Source: Amoeboradix gromovi X-113
Taxonomy: Eukaryota > Fungi > Sanchytriomycota
Assembly (NCBI GenBank): GCA_018985225.1
Contig: JADGIF010000606.1
Location: forward strand, 1-6,055
Reading direction: 5' to 3'
Length of the DNA: 6,055 bases
Shown here: one piece after another, positions 1 to 6,055 of the stretch
How the letters are laid out: each line of letters opens with the position of its first letter
Position numbering within the stretch: position 1 is the first letter of the stretch
The notes under the pieces: generated by a model
The model's input: only the letters and a program-made list of their open reading frames with translations
Database searches by the model: none
Told to the model about the DNA's origin: nothing
Program-made: the position numbers and the translations under genes

Positions 1-277
1 TCACCACAGAGAAAATAAAAGTACCTGTCGATCGGCTACAGCAGTTAGTCGCGCTTATACCACTCCTTGGCCGCACTTAATAACGATATACATGCATATA
101 TAATGCTACATCACACTTCTCACCAAGAGAGTCATTTAGCAACCCGTTGAGAATATCCAATTCATAGATGATATACCGAATGACTTTTCTGCCCGTTGCG
201 CTTCCTTAGTACAGTACCATCACTATCCTTCTCAAGCTCTCTTTCTCTAACACCATGTAACCCAAATGTAATATGGC

Positions 278-996
278 GTGACACCAACAGTATTTGATTG
301 GTCTCCTATTAGCAACGGGACAACAATACAGCGTAAATACAGATCAATAGCAGTATTGCAACTTGCAGAAGTAGCAGCTGTATTTGGTTCTACAGAATAC
401 AGCGGTAATGGATTCTTGTTAAATATAGAGTTGGAGGCGTTCGAAGGTCGGCCTGAATGGACTGATTACTTTAATCGGCTTCCCAAAGAGGATAATCTCT
501 TACGCTATGCACTTTATCGTCAAAGTATTAAAACTTTCATGATGATTTATTACTATGTAGGTAAATCTAATGGACATGTGCGTCGTTGTGGTAAAACTGG
601 ATTTAGGTACAATGGAATTAAATTCACCGATCTTTTCCAACATCTAGAAAAAGCTTTACTTAGTACAGACGGTCAGCATTTCAATCTTTATGTCTTTCAA
701 TACTTTAGAGAGTTATCAACTACAGTCTACGATACTGAGAACCCAGATATCCTGGATGCGATTGAGGAGTTTGCAATATCTCATTTAAATCCACTTTGAA
801 TTCTGAGTTAATTCTTGCTTATTGCATTTCGGCTGTCACGTGCAGGCGGGTTTTCAACTTACTAAAAGATGTTACTGTGGAATTAAACAACCAGCAATTC
901 TTGAAGTTGTCGCAAACCAACGCAGATATGAATACAGAGCCAGCATCGAGCCATTATGGGGACACGAGAACCTGGCAAAGATACAGAAATAAATAA
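278..996 (+). pseudogene. Probable GIY-YIG endonuclease-domain gene, split by a 1-nt frameshift near 794-798; true start unresolved
   Basis: ORF 278-799 has ALY (509-517) x12 YVGKS (554-568), then RR, a later QH, and LDAIEEFAISHLNPL. The overlapping ORF 796-996 begins LN, which completes the E..I..L.P.LN motif that ends GIY-YIG domains. The joined frame stops at TAA 994-996 inside AATAAATAAA. No in-frame ATG before 539 (ATG 266 is followed directly by TAA). Confidence 0.5.
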
Positions 997-1005
997 ATTA
1001 ACATT

Positions 1006-1383
1006 TTACTTAGCAGAGGATGTAAACTTGGTGACTGCCTTTGTACCTTCAGAAACAGCGTGTTTTGCCAACTCACCAGGAAGGATTAATCTAACAGCGG
1101 TCTGGATCTCTCTCGATGTGATGGTGGATTTCTTGTTGTAAGATGTCAACTTGGATGCCTCGGTAGCAATTCTTTCAAATATATCACCAACAAATGAGTT
1201 CATGATTCCCATGGCTTTGTTTGAAATTCCTGTATCAGGGTGGACCTGCTTCAACACTTTGTAGATATATGTGGAGTACGTTTCTTTACGTACCTTTCGT
1301 CTTTTGGATGGCCCGTCTGTTGTTTTCTTTTCTGCCTTTGCTGGTGCCTTTCCTGCTGGTTTTTTTTCTGCCTTTGGTGCCAT
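1006..1383 (-). CDS. H2B: Histone H2B, 125 aa, intronless
   Basis: [10 protein letters not shown]...[47 protein letters not shown]...[36 protein letters not shown] is canonical H2B. The start is the ATG at 1383-1381, not the upstream TTG used by the ORF track. Stop TAA 1008-1006. Confidence 0.98.
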   Translation of the reverse strand: MAPKAEKKPAGKAPAKAEKKTTDGPSKRRKVRKETYSTYIYKVLKQVHPDTGISNKAMGIMNSFVGDIFERIATEASKLTSYNKKSTITSREIQTAVRLILPGELAKHAVSEGTKAVTKFTSSAK

Positions 1384-1434
1384 GTCTACTAAATTTGAGG
1401 AAGGTTTCTTAAATACAACTATCAAGGAGATTTG

Positions 1435-1524
1435 ATTGGCTCAAAAATGATGTTTCTAGAAGACTTTTGATCTAATTGGTCAAAAAGGTAGTTTCTGTTG
1501 ACATTTTAAATGGACTCTGATTGG
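1435..1524 (-). promoter_or_regulatory. Cluster of CCAAT boxes in the H2B promoter
   Basis: ATTGG on + (CCAAT on -) at 1435-1439, 1475-1479 and 1520-1524, in contexts AGCCAATCA, GACCAATTA and AACCAATCA that fit the NF-Y/HAP consensus. A fourth lies at 1612-1616. All are in the same orientation, the first three 52-141 bp upstream of the ATG. Confidence 0.6.
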
Positions 1525-1569
1525 TTGGAATGATCAAATTTAAGTGATTAATTATAATCAAGTTTGTAG

Positions 1570-2069
1570 GCTAGCCATAAACTCTTTTTATCGTTGCGGA
1601 GCAGTTATAGCATTGGCTTCGGCTTGCAAGTATGTGAACTACTCAATTAACGATTAAAAATAATTAAATTCTAAATTATCAGAAATAAAATATAACAGAA
1701 AGGAGAGGTAGCATAGTGAATGTCATAATTAGTAAAGCTGAAAAGCCAAAACTATGTCAAGTTTACGTATTTAGCCTTCTAAAAGATCGAAATATTAGCA
1801 CTTCCATTGATTCTACTTGGTAGCTGAGCAGAAGAACAGTTTTTTTTACTTCTAAGACAGCGTAATTCTTGAAAATCAGATAGTTATCAGAAAATCGTCA
1901 TCCAAAGCAATCACACCAACCGAAGAAATGAGATCGTAGAAGTAAAATGAGGAGAAGCACCCTCAACGAATTTTTGAAGTAAGGCTGTTCTTCGATCCAG
2001 ACCAATGTGGTTTATGTCTTTTTTGACAATAAAAGCAATTTGTTTAACGATGTTGGGCAAATAAACGCG
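1570..2069 (-). mobile_element. Possible heavily degraded LTR-retrotransposon (Ty3/Gypsy-like) integrase fragment
   Basis: Manual minus-strand translation from 2069 gives ...LDRRTALLQKFVEGASPHFTSTISFLRLV*LLWMTIF**LSDFQELRCLRSKK...IF*KAKYVNLT, then LIIFNR*LS/(1-nt shift at ~1640)/FTYLQAEANAITAPQR*KEFM. Order and spacing resemble the HHCC zinc domain followed by the VVDRLSK.A.F......TA......F part of the catalytic core. Many key residues are lost. Confidence 0.4.
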
Positions 2070-2255
2070 TTATTCGATTCTCTGATTGACAGCTATTGAA
2101 TTTTGTAAATTAATCATTTATCGAGAATCTGTATGTATTTTTATACAATTCCATGACCTTTCCAGATTTTTTCAATACTTTAAATACTAGATATTCTTAA
2201 TTTTCGTAAATGATAAATGGAATCAATGGATGTAATCCTGAGTGTGTTAGATCTA

Positions 2256-2542
2256 AAAAATAGCTAGTATATATAGTATGAACTCATTGACATTGAGAAA
2301 CTAGTCCAGTAATGGGGAAATTAGATTTAACTCAACAATGTCTTGTTACGCATTCGAAGAGCGCTTGAAATTCACGTGTAAAAAGAGCGGAAAGACGATA
2401 CTTGAATGTATTGAAGCATTAACCAGTCAGACATGTACAAGGTAGAGTACCTTAAAGAAACTAATTTGAGAATTGCACATGTAACACTGTCATTGAAAGT
2501 TTGATAGATACCATAGCAAGGATTATATACATCAAATATATG
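2256..2542 (+). pseudogene. C-terminal fragment of a TnpB/Fanzor (OMEGA) RuvC nuclease, multiply disrupted
   Basis: Frame 3 2256-2309 KNS*YI*YELIDIEKLVQ (candidate RuvC-II Glu 2280-2282, the weakest part). Frame 1 2338-2463 MSCYAFEERLKFTCKKSGKTILECIEALTSQTCTR*STLKKL. TC (2477-2482, frame 2) then HCH*KFDRY (2485-2511, frame 1). ARIIYIKYM (2516-2542, frame 2). This matches the TnpB/Fanzor order S.Y.F..RL..K....G......E..TS.TC..CG / C..C / DRD.N.ARNI..K. Confidence 0.7.
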
Positions 2543-2552
2543 TATCATTATT

Positions 2553-2673
2553 CAATTTCTCCTAATTGTAGTGAAATCGTGAGGAATCACTTTAGCGGAA
2601 ATATTAGTTTCTCTGTGAATCCTCGTTTTTCTCGGAATTGGCGTCTTTATTTGGAGGTTGTAACTTCAGTGCC
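2553..2673 (+). ncRNA. Candidate omegaRNA scaffold remnant (structured segment just 3' of the TnpB/Fanzor relic)
   Basis: Hairpin GAGGAATCAC 2581-2590 / GTGAATCCTC 2615-2624 (9 of 10 pairs) with inner stem 2594-2602/2607-2614; outer stem CAATTTC 2553-2559 / GGAATTG 2634-2640; small hairpin GAGGT-TGTA-ACTTC 2654-2667. The functional call rests on position only. Confidence 0.3.
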
Positions 2674-2712
2674 CTAAAATGTTTTCTACTTTATGTACCC
2701 TAGGATAACACA

Positions 2713-3870
2713 ATGAATACAACAAATCACAAGTTTCTTAATGACGATGAACAATTGTCGTATTAATTATCAAAGTTGACACCCATAATCTCGAACAAAA
2801 TGTCATCAATGGAAGTCTGTAAAGTTATACCTGCTGAACAACTCAAGCGTATTCTGGATTTATATCTATTGCCTTCCAGGTCTAACCCTAATTGTATCGA
2901 AAAGCATTTTGTCAACTTATTTAGTATCCAATCAAAAGTTGCAAATATTATTAACAGTATGGATGTAAAAAGAATACATGGCAACACCGAAAAGGTATTT
3001 CTACATGCCCTCACGTTTGAACAGAAAGGGAGTGCATTAAATTGGATCAAAACAATTGCAAATGATCACGGAGAACCAAGACCTGGGAGAATGTATACTC
3101 TTGTAGACAGAACAAGACACGTATGAGATACTGAAATCCTGTGGTTCACAGTCGACCTTACTACTGTGAAAATACACTGTACTTTCATTCGTGAATCCAA
3201 TACTTTGAATATTAATGTAGAAACGTTTATAAAATGTTTTAAGCTGTGTGGAAATATTAAAATTAAGCGACGAAAAACAGAAGTTTATGATACGTGTACT
3301 GTGTTTCGTGAGCAATTAAATGTACAAGATTTATCAGAAAGTATCACATTAGAATTGACTAGTACCTTCCAATTACATTAACAACAAGCGAAATTAGCAG
3401 CGTTAGATTACAGCAGTGATCACACAAGACAAGGACTCACAAATGTTTCATTTTATTACAGCCAAAATTTAAGTTTACCTCAATTACACGAGCAAACAAG
3501 TGACCTGTATTTTCCTTCATTATTAAATGTGAGTTTGTTTGGCATACACAATGAAACACACCATCGTCAAACAAATTACATTTATCGTGAAGATAAAGGA
3601 AGAAAGGCAAGTAATAATGTAGCTACATTATCATTAGATTATACATTGCTTACCAAAAGAACAAAGAATTAATTTAATTTACATGCAGACAACTGTGTAT
3701 TTCAAAACAAGAACAATACCATTATTAAATTACTTTCTTGGATGTTTCTACTAGGAGAATTTATATAAGTAAATTTAAATTTCTGATGAAAGGACACATG
3801 AAATTCAGTCCAGATAGCGGTTTTGGACACAGAAAAGAAATTTGCAAGAGAAAATATATTCAACAAAAAT
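2713..3870 (+). pseudogene. DUF7869-type DDD transposase-like pseudogene (probably Sola-related DNA transposon)
   Basis: One frame from ATG 2713 links ORFs 2776-3126 and 3166-3381 across stops at 2764 (TAA), 3124 (TGA), 3379, 3670 and 3766 (TAA). Motifs in order: IHGNT...HAL, HGEPRPGR, KTEVYDTC, SFYYSQNLSLP (3448-3480, expected Asp now Tyr), LYF...NVSLFGIHNE...QTNYIYRE..GRKASNNV, LHADNCVFQNKNN (3679-3717), then after a -1 shift at 3780 FLMKGHMKFSPDSGFG (3780-3827), and after a second shift KKFARENIF. Confidence 0.8.
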
Positions 3871-4106
3871 TAATTTTTTAGATAATTTATTGGGTCGCTG
3901 TTTATCATTTGCTACTATGGATTTGTCATCGAAAAGGTTCATCTTTTCCTTCAGAGAGACACGCAGCATCTGGTAGATCTGATTCCTATTATTGTTACAA
4001 ATATAGACATGGTATAGAGTTCAAAGGATGTAAAAAAGGTTCAGAAACAGTCGCTGATGCTCTGATCCAAGTGAAAATAATACTAAACCATTATTCTGGT
4101 ATGGTG

Positions 4107-4487
4107 TCAAATTTGATAAAACCAAGTAAAATATGAGTTCAAGGTAGATGGAGATGAATCTGCTGAACAAACTCCATTATGGGCTGGATTATCTTCTAAA
4201 ACTTCAGTTGAGTTGACAAAATAAATTAATAGTATTAATCTAGTTTTTATATTGCAACAAGCAAAAATGTTAGGTTTGACTGGTTCAAATAGTTGGTCTA
4301 TTTTTAATATTTGAAATTGTAAAAATACTCGAAATGTATTTAAAGAAGTTAGTCTAGTTTTTGCGTTTTGTGTCCCTATAGTTAACTCTGCATTCTTGCC
4401 ATTCAGCTTCGTAAGCTCTGCGACACCCTTAAAAACCTGTTCTATAATTGTAAATTCATCAAGATTGATATGACAGCTTTTAATAAA
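4107..4487 (-). pseudogene. ATG-less 126-codon open frame of unknown family with an internal 38-aa repeat (possibly HEAT-like); probable gene relic or internal exon
   Basis: Stop-free from 4487 to 4110, TGA 4109-4107: FIKSCHINLDEFTIIEQVFKGVAELTKLNGKNAELTIGTQNAKTRLTSLNTFRVFLQFQILKIDQLFEPVKPNIFACCNIKTRLILLIYF... N.KTRL recurs 38 codons apart. A related copy lies on + near 5670-5780. Confidence 0.4.
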
Positions 4488-4627
4488 TCAAATGGCAAGC
4501 TGTACACTCTAGTTCTGGACTATCAAACTATTTGGCATTTTCAAAGAACTATATTTCTTTGATTATAGTCACTTTTTAAGAAATTCTGTTGCTTTTGAAG
4601 AAGAAAAATTTATCTATCATTTTGTAG

Positions 4628-4639
4628 AATTTATTTATT
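4628..4639 (-). promoter_or_regulatory. Putative polyadenylation signal AATAAATAAATT directly after the CCDC25 stop
   Basis: Two overlapping AATAAA hexamers begin 6 nt after TAG on the minus strand. The same 12-mer occurs on + at 988-999, overlapping the stop of ORF 796-996. Confidence 0.4.
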
Positions 4640-4644
4640 CGCAT

Positions 4645-5361
4645 CTACATAAAATCATCCTCATCGACACCATCTTTATTAGTTCTGTAATCATTGTCAT
4701 CAAACATATCCACATATGCCTGGTCTTTAGCAGTCTTCAGTTCCTTTTGCTTAATGCTTTCATTTTTAACGTTCAATTTATGATTCCGTACCATGGCAAT
4801 CAAACTGGCATAATAATCAGATTTGACTTTTTTAAAATAGTCCTCATTTCTTTCAATTCTAGTTTTACAAAGTTTCTTCAGTAACTGGCTATCTCTTTCT
4901 ATTCGTATTTTTTTAACTAGGGTGTTTTTCATAAACAAAACTGATCCGGTCTCCATTCCTTTGGTTCTCTTTAAATTCCAACAAGGCGTATAAATAACAT
5001 CGACTGCGTCTTCCTTGGATCCTTTGATTGAATTGCCCTTAACTAGCTGACCGCATTCCTGCAGTATTTGATCAGGTATACTCACATCTTTAAATGCCTG
5101 TTCCATAAGTTTGAATGGCAGATGTTGAAAATTCTTGTACTGGTAGTAATGGTCACTTAGTATTTTAGAGATGATAGACTTGAGTTCTACGGATTGCAAA
5201 TATACATGAGCAGAACTTAAATGATCAACATGGAACCATATATCATATTCACAGCAGTTTTCCATAAGTATCTCATTTTCAAACTTGTCCCTGCCCATAT
5301 AAACAGTAGCAGGTTGCATTAATGATTCTGCTTCATGTCCAACTGTAAAGTAAAATACCAT
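4645..5361 (-). CDS. CCDC25: CCDC25/Jlp2 family protein (NFACT-R / DUF814 RNA-binding domain), 238 aa
   Basis: MVFYFT...VYMGRDKFENE.L....DIWFHVDHLSSAHVYL...IP..IL.EC.QLVK.NSI.G.K...VDVIYTP..NLK.T..M..G.V.F and the C-terminal DEDDFM are family hallmarks. Intact ATG to TAG. Confidence 0.95.
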   Translation of the reverse strand: MVFYFTVGHEAESLMQPATVYMGRDKFENEILMENCCEYDIWFHVDHLSSAHVYLQSVELKSIISKILSDHYYQYKNFQHLPFKLMEQAFKDVSIPDQILQECGQLVKGNSIKGSKEDAVDVIYTPCWNLKRTKGMETGSVLFMKNTLVKKIRIERDSQLLKKLCKTRIERNEDYFKKVKSDYYASLIAMVRNHKLNVKNESIKQKELKTAKDQAYVDMFDDNDYRTNKDGVDEDDFM

Positions 5362-5735
5362 TCAGGAAGCGCTACCCCAGTGTATTAAAAATGAGACACA
5401 CATTGGGAACAAGACAAAACTGACACAATGTGAATTTATAAGGAGAAATTTCAATTAATTACATACTCTGGTCCTAATGAATTTGGCCATCTCACATATG
5501 TTTTATTAACAAATACTGTCTGGAATTGTTGAATCATGAGCCGCACATGTTTGAAAATCAATTGAATTGAAATCGACTCATCTCCAAGTAATTTTACTTT
5601 CCTATCTCTTGTATCGATGTTGCAATTCAAACACGCTCCTCCTTAGAGTCCTGTTTTCTGAAAAATCAATAGTTTTCTAGGAAAATTGGCAGACTTTGCA
5701 ATTGATGATAAGAAACTATGAAGAGCTGTTAAGCA

Positions 5736-5769
5736 TATGGGACATCAAATATAAAAACTAGACTAACTT
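5736..5769 (+). repeat. Inverted, diverged copy of 4346-4380 (also matching 4239-4253)
   Basis: AAAAACTAGACTAACTT 5753-5769 is the exact reverse complement of 4346-4362. AATATAAAAACTAGA 5748-5762 is the exact reverse complement of 4239-4253. The flanking GGGACA is shared. Translations are GTSNIKTRLT vs GTQNAKTRLT. Confidence 0.75.
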
Positions 5770-5902
5770 TCTGTAACAACTTGGAACATTATTTCAGCTT
5801 TATTACTTTTATAAATAACTTTTTGTATCGAAATTTCAAAAATAAATATTCTGTAAAGCTATTCTCTTACTCTTTCATCCAATCTTTATTTCAAATAAAC
5901 CT

Positions 5903-6032
5903 CTGATTCATAATACCAATTCATAGTACTAATTCATAGTACTAATTCATAATACTGATTCATAATACTAATTCATAGTACTGATTCATAGTACTGATTC
6001 ATAATACTGATTCATAATACTGATTCATAATA
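5903..6032. repeat. Tandem minisatellite, 10 copies of 13-bp CTRATTCATARTA
   Basis: Units start at 5903, 5916, 5929, 5942, 5955, 5968, 5981, 5994, 6007 and 6020. Variation is limited to two A/G positions plus one T>C in unit 2. No spacers. Confidence 0.97.
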
Positions 6033-6055
6033 GGGTATATTTTCATTTAAGAACT

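Noticed and set aside
956-1412. ORFs 956-1141 and 1221-1412 (+)
   Set aside because: Antisense shadows of H2B with non-ATG or unsupported starts and no motifs.
1384-1425. 14-aa N-terminal extension of H2B from the ORF track
   Set aside because: Depends on a TTG start; the canonical MAPKAEKKP begins at ATG 1383.
2581-2630. Bacterial Rho-independent terminator (hairpin plus T-run)
   Set aside because: The window is eukaryotic and the hairpin is long and bulged; kept only as part of the candidate omegaRNA.
2763-3315. ORFs 2763-3050 and 3037-3315 (-)
   Set aside because: Antisense shadows of the transposase pseudogene.
3771-3780. In-phase slippery heptamers A_AAT_TTA and T_TTA_AAT at the -1 shift (programmed frameshifting)
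   Set aside because: A TAA lies just upstream (3766-3768), the gene has many other lesions, and such heptamers are common in AT-rich DNA. A 1-nt deletion is simpler.
2713-3870. Stop-codon reassignment (TAA/TAG = Gln) as the explanation for in-frame stops here and at 2-277
   Set aside because: H2B ends in TAA and CCDC25 in TAG exactly at their conserved C-termini, and neither has internal TAR codons. The transposase also has a TGA, frameshifts and a lost catalytic Asp, so decay explains it.
2256-3870. RIP-like C>T hypermutation signature
   Set aside because: Some stops could come from CAA/CGA, but inferred lesions such as GAT>TAT and GAC>TAC are G>T and indels are frequent. Not testable without a consensus.
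3909-4136. 75-aa ORF (+)
   Set aside because: TTG start, no recognisable motif, and no evident continuation of the transposase.
5903-6032. CRISPR array or telomeric repeat
   Set aside because: Units are contiguous with no spacers, the context is eukaryotic, there is no G-rich strand, and unique sequence resumes after 6032.

Overview
AT-rich eukaryotic DNA with compact genes and no obvious introns; the H2B sequence is fungal-like, but the lineage cannot be fixed from this window. Two intact housekeeping genes lie on the minus strand: histone H2B (1006-1383) and a CCDC25/Jlp2-family NFACT-R protein (4645-5361). Between and around them are decayed mobile-element genes that the ORF track largely misses: a probable GIY-YIG nuclease gene split by a 1-nt frameshift (278-996, +), a possible Ty3/Gypsy-type integrase relic (~1570-2069, -), the C-terminal half of a TnpB/Fanzor RNA-guided nuclease (~2256-2542, +) followed by a structured ~120-nt segment where an omegaRNA would be expected (2553-2673), and a DUF7869-type (probably Sola-like) DDD transposase pseudogene (2713-3870, +). 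Diverged inverted copies of an unknown repeat-protein fragment flank CCDC25, and a 10 x 13-bp minisatellite sits at 5903-6032. The most interesting signal is the Fanzor relic + candidate omegaRNA + transposase cluster. All family calls are by-eye motif recognition, not database results.
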